A stretch of DNA of 64,000 nucleotides, from NCBI GenBank assembly GCA_000004985.1, contig GG738916.1, one strand, 5' to 3'. Positions 9,553 through 19,301 of this stretch are shown here, in pieces (positions within the stretch are counted from its first letter, which is position 1; each line of letters starts with the position of its first letter). A program made the translations under genes and the position numbers. The notes below the pieces were generated by a model. That model was not told where the DNA came from. It saw only the letters and a list, made by a program, of their open reading frames with translations, and searched no databases. This DNA is from Naegleria gruberi. Lineage: Eukaryota.

Positions 9553-11301
9553 TTATTTAAATTGTAAATTATTATTGTAAAAGAAAACAAACCTCATGAA
9601 GAAATCCTTGCAATCATCCACTTCAGATGCAATATTCGGAAGTCTATTCAATAATTGGCTAGTTTCATTTGCTGACAAACTTTCAATATTTGATGACACA
9701 TCACCACCACCTGATGATGATCCAATATTTACTTTTTCCATCATCATGATCAATGATCGGGTTGTGTCCTCTGCAGTAGGTTCTCTAACAGTCAACTTTA
9801 AGCCATTATTTATGTTGTTCATCATGGAAGAAGCACCACCAAACAAATTAACACCACCGAAAGGAGGAGTTGTTGGAGATAGTTGTGATGGATAGCCACC
9901 ACCAAATAAAACAGAATTTACAGAGGGTAGTTGTGAAAACATTTTTTTGGTATTTTGTTTTGTGAGATGGTGAACCTTTTGAAGGTAATGGTGAACTTGA
10001 AAGTGTACGAAATAGAAGATTAACAGAACATTTTTAATATCCTCTAACAATTGTTTCAATTCCTCACTGCCATCAAATGGTTCGTCTCTGTAGCCAAGTT
10101 GCAGGTCAAAGTTGCCCATTTTCATCAAGCCATGAAACCAACTGTTTGTGAAAAAGTACAATCTTGGAATAGAATATAAAATATTGAGATAGGTTTGGTG
10201 TCGTGTGAATGTAGTTTCGTCTGGAATGGTAACATTTATACCATTCTTTTCCCAAATTGGGACGATAATTTCTATTACTTTGGATCTGACTTGTTTATCA
10301 TCAAATGATGTTTCCATATCTGAAACGGGCATGTCCTTGTTCAGCATTTCTAAAAGACAGGCCCAATGAGCTAGAGTTTCACACTCCTTTACAACTGAAG
10401 TGAATCTGCTTTGTGGCCAATCAAGAACGGCAGATACCTTTGCTGTATCTAAGGATGCATTGCTTTTGATCATTATATTCGATGCATTCAAATCACAATG
10501 ACAAAATTGATAGACATTAGGATCTTCCACTCCATCATCTGTATGCAACAGTTTGGATTTCAAATCAAGAAGAGGTTCTGAATGAAGAGAAACAAAATCA
10601 AGATAATGAGGATAATGAACTTGTTCTCCAGTATTCGAAATTTGATTCAGAGTGAAATCTATTTGCTCAATGACCATTTCTTTCAAATTCTTGAAAGGTC
10701 CCAATGGAGCACAATCACCAACAATTACTCCAAGAGAACTCTTTTCACTTCCCAACAAGGATCCAACTTGATAATCATCCTTCTTATTCTCGGAATTTGT
10801 GTGTAATTTTCCAACAATAACGATCAACTCCTCAAGAAGCTGAACTTTCTGTTTGATTGAGAGAAATCTCCAAGAGTTTGCCAAAGTTTGTCCTTTTGCC
10901 CTCTCTTGCAAAATATATTCGCAACCAAGAGGGGACTCTTCAGCATTATCTGAATAGGAAACAATTTTAGGTGTTGGTATTCCAGCTTTCTCAGCAAATA
11001 GAATGCATTTGACTTCATTCCGAACAGAAATTCCTTTCCAGAAAGTGTGACAATTGGAAATTCGCAAAACCAGTTCAACACCTTCGAGAGTTCCCTCTCT
11101 AACAGCTCGGATCATGAATATTGAATTGATGACTCCTCCAGATTCTTCAAACTTATAAAATTCTTTGAAAATCAAATGGTGTTGTTGTAAGAGAAGAGGA
11201 AGAGTATGTGTGAAATTCTCCAACAAATTATTCATTATTTGATGGTATTTAGTTTCTTGTTCAGAGAAGGTGGGATGGTGGAGAGTAATGCGAGATGACA
11301 T
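9553..11301 (-). CDS. Protein with an APH/choline-kinase-like phosphotransferase domain and a low-complexity FG/Ser-rich tail. Possibly the 5' exon of the downstream A2M ORF.
   Basis: True ATG at 11299-11301. Kinase-like catalytic loop HCDLNASNIMI (HxDxxxxN) and VLDWPQS (D-x-W/F metal-binding-like motif). C-terminal 150 aa low complexity (LFGGGYPSQLSPTTPPFGGVNLFGGA...). A GTTTGT donor 10 codons before its stop is in frame with the A2M ORF (see findings). Confidence 0.5.
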   Translation of the reverse strand: MSSRITLHHPTFSEQETKYHQIMNNLLENFTHTLPLLLQQHHLIFKEFYKFEESGGVINSIFMIRAVREGTLEGVELVLRISNCHTFWKGISVRNEVKCILFAEKAGIPTPKIVSYSDNAEESPLGCEYILQERAKGQTLANSWRFLSIKQKVQLLEELIVIVGKLHTNSENKKDDYQVGSLLGSEKSSLGVIVGDCAPLGPFKNLKEMVIEQIDFTLNQISNTGEQVHYPHYLDFVSLHSEPLLDLKSKLLHTDDGVEDPNVYQFCHCDLNASNIMIKSNASLDTAKVSAVLDWPQSRFTSVVKECETLAHWACLLEMLNKDMPVSDMETSFDDKQVRSKVIEIIVPIWEKNGINVTIPDETTFTRHQTYLNILYSIPRLYFFTNSWFHGLMKMGNFDLQLGYRDEPFDGSEELKQLLEDIKNVLLIFYFVHFQVHHYLQKVHHLTKQNTKKMFSQLPSVNSVLFGGGYPSQLSPTTPPFGGVNLFGGASSMMNNINNGLKLTVREPTAEDTTRSLIMMMEKVNIGSSSGGGDVSSNIESLSANETSQLLNRLPNIASEVDDCKDFFMRFVFFYNNNLQFK

Positions 11302-11411
11302 TTTTTCTAGTGCAACTATTCAATACCCAAGTACTTTCTGGATTTGAAGGAGATTTTTGAGAATGCAAATATCTTATGCAAAGATGAATCACTTGGCATG
11401 TTGACAACAGT

Positions 11412-14400
11412 CTAATATACATCGAGATCATCATCATCACTAAATTCACTACTGTCATATCCAGCAAGCCTGTTTGTTGAAAACACTGGTTCGAAACCAA
11501 TTAGAGAATCCTCCAAGACAATAACCAAATGAACAGTAAATTGATAATAGGTATTGCCATTTTCTTTGGTGATGATTTTAGGTTTGTAAATACCTTGTTC
11601 GAATATGTTAGATTTGCCTCTTATAGCGATATTTTCATAACCAAATATCAAAAAGTTAAGATCGTGAGTTTCGTATAGTGGTTTGTTAATTTTGGAAATA
11701 GCAATTGATTCCTCATCCAAAGTTTCATTAGCAATGAGGTAACTCAATTTTAAATGTGGAGATGAGCTCAAATACGTTCCAAAGTCAATGTAAAAATATC
11801 CTTCAACATTTGGTCGTATGTATAGAATGTGCTTAGATCCAAATATATCCATTTCTTGGCTGGCAAATGCATGGTCTGATAGATCAGTGGTAGTAATAAC
11901 TCTAACGTTTTTGTACTGAACTAGCCTATTCTTGTGAATTTTTCTTGCAAGCCAAGCAGATTTTGTTATCAACGCTTTCACTTCAGGTTCTTGAATAGTT
12001 TTATCCCCCAATAAAGAGGTAATTTCTTCCACTGTGTAATACTTGCTCTCAACTATTTTCATACAAAGAATGAATGGCTCTTCTGGGAAGGAGACATGGT
12101 TATTGTAAGAATAGTCAGACTGTGGTATGAATTTGTTGGTAAACACATGGAAATTGGTCATTCCACTTGGGAAAATAATACAACAGTGGGCTATGGTATG
12201 ACCAAATAATATTCCAGATTCTAATTTTGGCTTAGAAAGTATTAGTTTGAAGGTAACTGATTCATCAATTGAAAGTAGCCATTCATGCCCTTCAATGGTG
12301 AATTTTTTAGTCTTGAACTCGTTAGGTGAAATGTTAATCCTAGTATATTCACTTTCTGCAAAATGAGGAGAAAATAATCTCACCAATTCATCAATAGATA
12401 ATTCCATTTGTTCAGATGAGGAAGAAGGAATAGCTACTCTTTGAACATAATTATCTACGTAATCATTTTCAATAGCCGGCTGGTGTTGTACTATATTATT
12501 TTGGATTTCATCCAACTTATCCAGGTCGTTAGCATTAGGAAATGAAGGAGTTTTGATCAAGTATGTTTGGACAACTAGTTGGAAGAATGATTCGAGCAAT
12601 CTTACATACTCAACGGATATTCCAGAACGGCAGAAAAGATCCATCACACGTTCGATAATTGATAAACTATAGTAATCCAATAGTCTTAATTTTCCCTCCA
12701 CAAATAACTTCATCACTTCTTGGCAAACAGGATTGAGTCTAATAAGACCAACAAATGGCAGATATTTCAAAACTTGTTCATAACGGTTATGATTCAACAA
12801 TATTATTGCCACATCTGAAAATCTGCTGAAAAATCGATGAAGATTTTTAGAAAGACAGTCCAAAATTTCCTCTCTATGCCCATCCATAAACTCATCTGAA
12901 ATTTGGTGAATAATTCTATCTATAAGATATCTTTGAGTATTTCTTTGAGTACTTCTGTCGTTTTGGTTTTCAGTATAGGTGTTAATAATGTGTTTGTAAA
13001 AGAACCATGTAGTTTTACAATCAGCACCACTCAAATAGCCTCTAGATATAAATTCAACAAGTGTGAAATACAACTCTGTCAGTTTCCCGGAAGATGTTAA
13101 TAATTCAATTTGAGATTTCATCTTTGTTATGATAGTTTCTGGTGTACCATCTAAATTTCCTAAATTATTCTTGACAAATAAATGTAAACGTTCAACTGGA
13201 GGTTGCTCAAACTCAGAATAGATAGATGAAAATACAAATCTCTTTTCATATTCGAGCAATGTAATTTCACCACAATCTCTAATTTTTGGACAGTCATCAA
13301 TAAGAACAGTTGTTAAATTGACCATCTTTCTTTCTAGGGGACCAATAATAGAATTTGTTAAATGCTCTGAATATCTGATGATAAGTGAGCTTATTGGAGG
13401 ATTGTCATCCATATTCTCAATCATTTCTATTAAATCTTCATCCCTAAGATTGTGTATAACTAAATTCAAAGTCTTTAGAAATGGAAGTCTAGCTATTTGT
13501 TTTAAAATATTAGAGGATGAATGAAGATTTTCTATTTTCAAATGTTGCAAAGAATTTGGGAGCTCTATTATCACATCCTCATCATGGTTATTCAATGTCA
13601 TTTTTCTCAAGTTGGAAAATTCTCTCAAATCCAAAGCTTCTACTATATTATTTGACGTTTCCAATTCTTCTACAGTGTGCTTATTGGGACACATATCGAT
13701 TAATTTTTCATCAAATGAATATCCCTTTAGAACTTTCAATTTCACTGTGTTTGATTCTTTGAAAAATTTAAATACGTCTAAAAGGTAACTAGAAGGTAAA
13801 TCTATAACCATTTTTTCAAGTAGTGGACAGTTCTTTAGGCATAATAATGGGCTCGACACTATATCGTCATAAATATATTCATCACATAGGGATATCTCCT
13901 TGAGAGAAGGACTGCATAGAAAGACAATTAAACTCATAATTGCCTTGCTCGATAAACAATTCTTAATTTTCAAAGTGTGTAATTTTGAAAACATTACAGG
14001 GGGAAAAGTCTTTTTAGATTCATAGTTGGTATCTTCGTCGAAAGTGAAATCAATACTCTTCAAGTTGGTCAATCCACTGAGTGCACTGTGCAGCAGATCA
14101 ATATTCTTGTCTCTAGAAAAATTAATAGTCAAGTTTTCTAAATATTTTAAACTTTGCAAAGGCTTCAAGTTGAACCTGCTTGCAGTAAATTGGAGAGTAT
14201 TAACATTTGTTAAAAATTGAGTAGATTCTTGGAGAGGGAAAGTTTGAGCATCTACACCTCTCATTATAATACTATTTAAATCCAAATGCTTTAACAGTTT
14301 TGAAATACTACTCCACGATATTATTTCTGGTAACACAATTTCTTTCAAATTCTTACATTGGCTCAATGGTTCTAATATTTGGTTATTGGCCGTGAATCCA

Positions 14401-14972
14401 AACATGAAATACTCCAATGAAGGTGGAAACTGTATACCAGCAATGCCAACAAAACCTTCATCAACACCCTTCACAAAGGATAATCGTTTCAACTTTTTAA
14501 AAGGGGTAAAGTCTAGATGGATAGGTTTTGCCCAAAATTGTGGCAAAACCAACTCGGTCACTGTGTTGGCCAAATCACCACCTTCTGCCAACTCTTCAAC
14601 AAATGATGGCTTTACCTTGATCAATTTATGACAATCCAAATATTCAATATTATTTAAATAACTCAAGCCTTTGATCAAACCATCACCTTCCAAGTCGTAG
14701 AACCTTTGGTTGGCCTCCTCTAAATTTTGTAGAGTGATGGACCGAAGTTTGGGAAGTTTACTCAGGTAGGTTTGTGCAATCCGAATGAATTGCTGATCAA
14801 ACATTCGGAAATGTATTAAATATGAAGTTTTTGTGCATTTCCAATAATCCCAAATAAAGTGATCAAATTCGGAACACACCAACCTAAGATGAATCAAGGA
14901 ATTGTGAGGAATAAATGCTAGAATACTGTGAGTGAGTACTTCCGGGGGTAAAAGATGAAGTAATCCACTCAT
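11412..14972 (-). CDS. F-box / leucine-rich-repeat protein (1186 aa)
   Basis: N-terminal F-box LLPPEVLTHSILAFIPHNSLIHLRLVCSEFDHFIW. Followed by many LxxLxLxxN/C-type LRRs, for example LKSIDFTFDED and LKEISLCDEY. Acidic C-terminus. Single long ORF. Confidence 0.5.
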   Translation of the reverse strand: MSGLLHLLPPEVLTHSILAFIPHNSLIHLRLVCSEFDHFIWDYWKCTKTSYLIHFRMFDQQFIRIAQTYLSKLPKLRSITLQNLEEANQRFYDLEGDGLIKGLSYLNNIEYLDCHKLIKVKPSFVEELAEGGDLANTVTELVLPQFWAKPIHLDFTPFKKLKRLSFVKGVDEGFVGIAGIQFPPSLEYFMFGFTANNQILEPLSQCKNLKEIVLPEIISWSSISKLLKHLDLNSIIMRGVDAQTFPLQESTQFLTNVNTLQFTASRFNLKPLQSLKYLENLTINFSRDKNIDLLHSALSGLTNLKSIDFTFDEDTNYESKKTFPPVMFSKLHTLKIKNCLSSKAIMSLIVFLCSPSLKEISLCDEYIYDDIVSSPLLCLKNCPLLEKMVIDLPSSYLLDVFKFFKESNTVKLKVLKGYSFDEKLIDMCPNKHTVEELETSNNIVEALDLREFSNLRKMTLNNHDEDVIIELPNSLQHLKIENLHSSSNILKQIARLPFLKTLNLVIHNLRDEDLIEMIENMDDNPPISSLIIRYSEHLTNSIIGPLERKMVNLTTVLIDDCPKIRDCGEITLLEYEKRFVFSSIYSEFEQPPVERLHLFVKNNLGNLDGTPETIITKMKSQIELLTSSGKLTELYFTLVEFISRGYLSGADCKTTWFFYKHIINTYTENQNDRSTQRNTQRYLIDRIIHQISDEFMDGHREEILDCLSKNLHRFFSRFSDVAIILLNHNRYEQVLKYLPFVGLIRLNPVCQEVMKLFVEGKLRLLDYYSLSIIERVMDLFCRSGISVEYVRLLESFFQLVVQTYLIKTPSFPNANDLDKLDEIQNNIVQHQPAIENDYVDNYVQRVAIPSSSSEQMELSIDELVRLFSPHFAESEYTRINISPNEFKTKKFTIEGHEWLLSIDESVTFKLILSKPKLESGILFGHTIAHCCIIFPSGMTNFHVFTNKFIPQSDYSYNNHVSFPEEPFILCMKIVESKYYTVEEITSLLGDKTIQEPEVKALITKSAWLARKIHKNRLVQYKNVRVITTTDLSDHAFASQEMDIFGSKHILYIRPNVEGYFYIDFGTYLSSSPHLKLSYLIANETLDEESIAISKINKPLYETHDLNFLIFGYENIAIRGKSNIFEQGIYKPKIITKENGNTYYQFTVHLVIVLEDSLIGFEPVFSTNRLAGYDSSEFSDDDDLDVY

Positions 14973-15165
14973 TTTTTTAGTGGGTTCCTATTCCGTTCAA
15001 TGGTTTGGAAACTTGAAAGAACTAATTCCGTTCTTTCCTGGTTTTCCAGTTTACAACATGTCATTCATGATGAAGCATTGCAGTGCAAATGTTGTTTTCA
15101 ATTCTATAACAATCTGAAATAAGCAAAAAAACAAAAGTGATGATGATTAGAATCTTTGTAAAATA

Positions 15166-15957
15166 TTATTGAATATCAATTCCAAACTGTTCTTTCAATT
15201 CCTCCTTACTGAGTTTCTTATAATTGGTCAAGTCATGAACAGAATTAACACAATAGAAAGAGCACTTGCTCAATAATAAATCATCTCGTAAAATAACACC
15301 CAAATCCCAATCCGTAAATCCAGGATATAAATCATTAGGGCAATTCATGATTGCTTTTTCTTCCTCCGTCCATTTTGTGTTAAACTTCAAGTGTGGAACG
15401 TGTCTATATCTACCAGATGTATTGTAATTTTTAACAAATTCATATTCTAACCATTTAACATTCTCATCATTTTCCATCAATGAAAAGTATCTATCCTTCA
15501 CTACTTGAATTCTCTCTTTCGAATAACCAGCCAAATTGAAATGGATTCCATCTTCAATACCACCAGTCAAGATCATCCTAGCAATGGCATCAGTCCACCA
15601 AGAAACGAATTTTCTGTAGAGCTCATAATTTTCATTCTCCTTGTTGTGCATTGCTTCAAACAAGATGGTACAATTTGCAAAGAGAGGAGCATTCGGACAA
15701 GGCTCTACAATGCCATATTCCTTTCCCTGAACATACAAATCATGATAACAAACAGCCTGAACACTCCTACAGAATGGAACCAAAAGATCATCAGAGGACC
15801 CAGTGAAGGCTTTGTGCTCTGATGGATGTTCTTTGGAAAAACCAACACTAAAAGGTTGTTGATCAGGTCTCACTAATCTGCCATCACTTTTGTTGTTAGG
15901 ATGATCAAGTTGTTGATCTGATGATGATGTTGTATTATCGGATGATAGTGCAGACAT
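15166..15957 (-). CDS. Hypothetical protein (263 aa), no recognisable domain
   Basis: Single ORF with a Ser/Asn-rich N-terminus and Cys/His/Trp-rich body (CYHDLYVQGKEYGIVEPCPNAPLFANCTILFEAMH..., FTDWDLGVILRDD). The coding call rests only on ORF length and codon usage. Confidence 0.35.
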   Translation of the reverse strand: MSALSSDNTTSSSDQQLDHPNNKSDGRLVRPDQQPFSVGFSKEHPSEHKAFTGSSDDLLVPFCRSVQAVCYHDLYVQGKEYGIVEPCPNAPLFANCTILFEAMHNKENENYELYRKFVSWWTDAIARMILTGGIEDGIHFNLAGYSKERIQVVKDRYFSLMENDENVKWLEYEFVKNYNTSGRYRHVPHLKFNTKWTEEEKAIMNCPNDLYPGFTDWDLGVILRDDLLLSKCSFYCVNSVHDLTNYKKLSKEELKEQFGIDIQ

Positions 15958-16389
15958 TTTTTGTTTTGATTAATAATTGTAACAAAGAGCAACAGATGCG
16001 ATAGATGATGAAAGTAAACTTTGAGATTGAATCATATGAATTTCGAAGATGTGCAATTACATGTTTGTGTACAATAAAATCTTTAAGGCCATGCGCAACT
16101 ACATGTACGCAGTGGCTTGTTTTTTTAGAGTTTGTTATTTCAAACTTTTAAAAATATTATTTTTATTCAAAAGATTTTTCTGAAGCTGTAACGGTAAGCT
16201 TGAAAAAATGGCGGCAAAAATTAAGATATTCTATCATTTTCATTGTAATCTCACACCAGTCAAACTCAACCTGAAATATCGTCCAAGAGACAATTTGTCC
16301 TTTGCATTACAACTAATTCACTAACCCGACGTCAGAGGAATTATGTGAAAAGTGTACGTCAATAATTGCGACAGATTGACTTGAAAAAA

Positions 16390-17901
16390 ATGTATCCAAA
16401 CCCGACAGGAAATCCTCCTCAATATGGACAACCCATGGATACTATTCAACAAGAGCAATATCCTCTTCAGCAGCCTCCTGTTGGCATGTTTCAACCTCCT
16501 GTGCAAATGGCTCAAGGTCAACCACCAGTGGGAAAACCTCTTCCTCAACCACCAATGATGTTGAATACTATGATGGCTACTACTCAGGTAACTTCTACTA
16601 CTATGGAACAGAAAGGTTCTTTCTATGGAAGTCAACAAAGTGTCGACATTGCTGTCGTTCCTCAACCAATGATGCAAAATCAACCTGTCATGATTAAACC
16701 TCTTCCTCAACCAATGGCTATGAATCCAGTTATGGTTCCTCAACCAATGGTAATTCCCCAACAACCAATTGCCTATCCTTCTATGAATCAACCCATGATG
16801 GTCACCAGCTCTCCAATGATGGTCAACCCAAACGTTGTTTATCCTCAACAAACATTCATTCCTTCAGTCAACCCATGTGATTTAAAAAACATTGACGATT
16901 ATGATCTATTGAACAACAACCTGAAATCATGTCGTTTTGCAGATGGTGAAACAATGCTCATGTTTCTCACCAAATTAATCATTGAATGTGCCTTCTTTCC
17001 AGGAATTGGAACTTTTCTTTGCATTAATTTCAGGAAAAGAAGAGAAGTTAAGGAAATGATGTTTGGGAATCGCATGCTAAGATACAAATCGAGAGGAAAC
17101 TACAAGTTGGCACTCTTGTATTTTGTAGATGCCATTTTGATTGTCTTTACTTTTGGTTTGTGGTATATTTTGGGTAAATCTCATGAATTCTTCTGGTCGC
17201 ACATAGACGAAAGGATTTACTGGGGAAAACCAGTTCAAATGAAGAAGAGAAAGAAGGCCACCTTTCAAGATTTCCTAGTTTGGGAGCCTGTCTGTGAGGG
17301 AAACGGCATGGGAACAATGAAGATCTATAATGTCTATCTGGGAGTAGTAGACGAATTGATCTATCTCATTCTGAAATTTGTTTCCACTTCAACATTTGGT
17401 TTATTCCAACCTTTCGTAGACTCTTTCTACTATCCAAAATACTTTGCCAAAGTTGATTTGGGAGTTGGCAGATTCTGCGTCATTCATCCTCAAATGGTTC
17501 CAGCCATCAATGAACATGCCAAAAAGAAGAAACTCAAAAAGGCACCTCCTCCAGAAGTTCCCCTCGATATCTATCCAAGTCCATATCCAGTTTATGGTTA
17601 TCCACATCGTCCAGAACATGATTTATACAAGTTACGTTTGAATTTCGATACGAAAGGTGGAAAAATGTGTAAATTAATCTCATACCACATGTGTGAAAGA
17701 ACCATTACTTGCATGACATGCACATTATTTCAAGTGACAGGTTTGAATGAACTCTATCAACACCATTTCAGAAATAAGTTTATTAGAATGTATGTTGAAA
17801 AGTGTGTCATTGAACAACAACCACCACCTGTCTATTACACACAGGCAAATGTTGCAACTGTAAACTCAACAACTGTCGTTACCGTCAACTCTCAAATATA
17901 A
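16390..17901 (+). CDS. Pro/Gln/Met-rich N-terminal repeat protein with predicted transmembrane segments
   Basis: First real ATG at 16390 (MYPNPTGNPPQYGQP); the track start at 16366 is TTG. About 160 aa of PQPM/QPPVG-type repeats. Hydrophobic helices at FLTKLIIECAFFPGIGTFLCINF and LALLYFVDAILIVFTFGLWYILG. Function unknown. Confidence 0.4.
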   Translation: MYPNPTGNPPQYGQPMDTIQQEQYPLQQPPVGMFQPPVQMAQGQPPVGKPLPQPPMMLNTMMATTQVTSTTMEQKGSFYGSQQSVDIAVVPQPMMQNQPVMIKPLPQPMAMNPVMVPQPMVIPQQPIAYPSMNQPMMVTSSPMMVNPNVVYPQQTFIPSVNPCDLKNIDDYDLLNNNLKSCRFADGETMLMFLTKLIIECAFFPGIGTFLCINFRKRREVKEMMFGNRMLRYKSRGNYKLALLYFVDAILIVFTFGLWYILGKSHEFFWSHIDERIYWGKPVQMKKRKKATFQDFLVWEPVCEGNGMGTMKIYNVYLGVVDELIYLILKFVSTSTFGLFQPFVDSFYYPKYFAKVDLGVGRFCVIHPQMVPAINEHAKKKKLKKAPPPEVPLDIYPSPYPVYGYPHRPEHDLYKLRLNFDTKGGKMCKLISYHMCERTITCMTCTLFQVTGLNELYQHHFRNKFIRMYVEKCVIEQQPPPVYYTQANVATVNSTTVVTVNSQI

Positions 17902-17911
17902 AACTATTCGA

Positions 17912-19018
17912 ATGATTCATTTATTTACGTTTTCCTTATTTAGCACAGTTCAACCCATTACAGTAGATTACGATTTGGATTATGCTCCCAAAAAAATGTT
18001 TCAACGTTCAACCTTAGTGTTCATCATGGTTGTGATGATGATAATGATGGTCGGTTCATCATTAGCTCTCGACGCATGTCAACTCTTGAAAACTAAACAA
18101 CAACAATATCAAGACCTTAATAACTCTATGGAGGAATTAAACTTGATGATTAAGGCACTCGGAGGATTATCCAAGAACAAGCAATCAAATTTTAGTAACG
18201 TTGCTGTGAATGATCAAATTGATAGCATGAATAGAAATGTTCAAGACCTGTTGGAAATTAAGAAGAATTTGGAAATGCATATTGCTGCATTGCAGTTGTT
18301 ATGTGCTTTTCCTTCATCATCTTCAAAAAGTGGAGAAAGTCAACCAACTGTATCAACAACAACAACCAAGATGAGTCCTTTGAGTACTCCTGTAACTACT
18401 CCAATCATCAATACTCCACCACCACCACCACCATTATCAGATACTAGTAAAATGGAAGAAGCAATTAGTATTGGAGATGGTTTGGCATCATGTCAAGAAT
18501 ATATGAAATCAATGACAAAGGCACCAAGTGGATTGTATTGGATTAAGCCAGATGAAAGTCAATCTAAATATATTGTATATTGTGATCAAGTGACTTCTGG
18601 TGGTGGTTGGATTTTAGTTTCCTCAAGAAAGAATGCACTTTCTCCTAAAGTTGCATCCATAATTGTCAAACCAAGTTTTAATGGCGATTCATTGAGTAAG
18701 GAAAAGTGGACTGTTCTCAGAAATATTGCAAAAGAACTTATGGTAAAGAGTATCGATAATAGAACTGCCATTGCTGATATGAGTGAGCTTAAAGCACCAA
18801 ATATTTGTAAGAGTTTGGCAAGTGACTTGACGGACTCTCTTCTCTACCATCGTGAAAATAGTGGTTGTCAAATGACTGGTCTTGATTATTGTTTATTAGG
18901 TGTTCAAGTGGGTAGAACTGCAGAAATCTATGGTCAATGTTCTCCAAATCCATGGAAAACTTATGGATTCCAAGGAAAATATGAACAATTGCCAGAATCA
19001 AACATTTTTGTTAGATAA
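17912..19018 (+). CDS. Membrane-anchored protein with a coiled-coil and a partial fibrinogen-related-domain (FReD)-like C-terminal region
   Basis: Hydrophobic anchor VFIMVVMMIMMVGSSLAL. Coiled-coil region. Then CQEYMKSMTKAPSGLYWIKPDESQSKYIVYCDQVTSGGGWILVSS, which matches the N-terminal half of the fibrinogen C-terminal domain consensus (C..Y.......GVY.I.P.....F.VYCDM.T.GGGWTV.Q.R). The distal half of a canonical FReD is not recognisable. Confidence 0.4.
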   Translation: MIHLFTFSLFSTVQPITVDYDLDYAPKKMFQRSTLVFIMVVMMIMMVGSSLALDACQLLKTKQQQYQDLNNSMEELNLMIKALGGLSKNKQSNFSNVAVNDQIDSMNRNVQDLLEIKKNLEMHIAALQLLCAFPSSSSKSGESQPTVSTTTTKMSPLSTPVTTPIINTPPPPPPLSDTSKMEEAISIGDGLASCQEYMKSMTKAPSGLYWIKPDESQSKYIVYCDQVTSGGGWILVSSRKNALSPKVASIIVKPSFNGDSLSKEKWTVLRNIAKELMVKSIDNRTAIADMSELKAPNICKSLASDLTDSLLYHRENSGCQMTGLDYCLLGVQVGRTAEIYGQCSPNPWKTYGFQGKYEQLPESNIFVR

Positions 19019-19301
19019 ACTGTTCAATTTCATAGTGAAACCTTCTTTGCATTCCGATGTATGTTGTTTCTTGATGTTTCGGAATTTTTTTCGTGTTAAA
19101 ATTGAGTGAAAATTCATTAAACACGTGTTATTACCAAAAATGTTTAAAAAGTTAAAAATAGAACTCTATAATTATTTCAAACACGTGTGGAGCTAATTGT
19201 CGAAACATTATAAAATGCAAGATAATTATCCTCAATTCTAAAAACAAGTCAAAAAGAAATTCAAAACATCAAATTATTAGAATAACAAATTACTCCGCAA
19301 A

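Noticed and set aside
9596-9895. 99-aa plus-strand ORF
   Set aside because: It is antisense to the FG/Ser-rich tail of the phosphotransferase-domain gene. It mirrors that composition.
16321-16851. 176-aa antisense ORF rich in H/W/R/L
   Set aside because: It lies entirely antisense to the PQM-repeat coding region, so it is a low-complexity mirror artefact.
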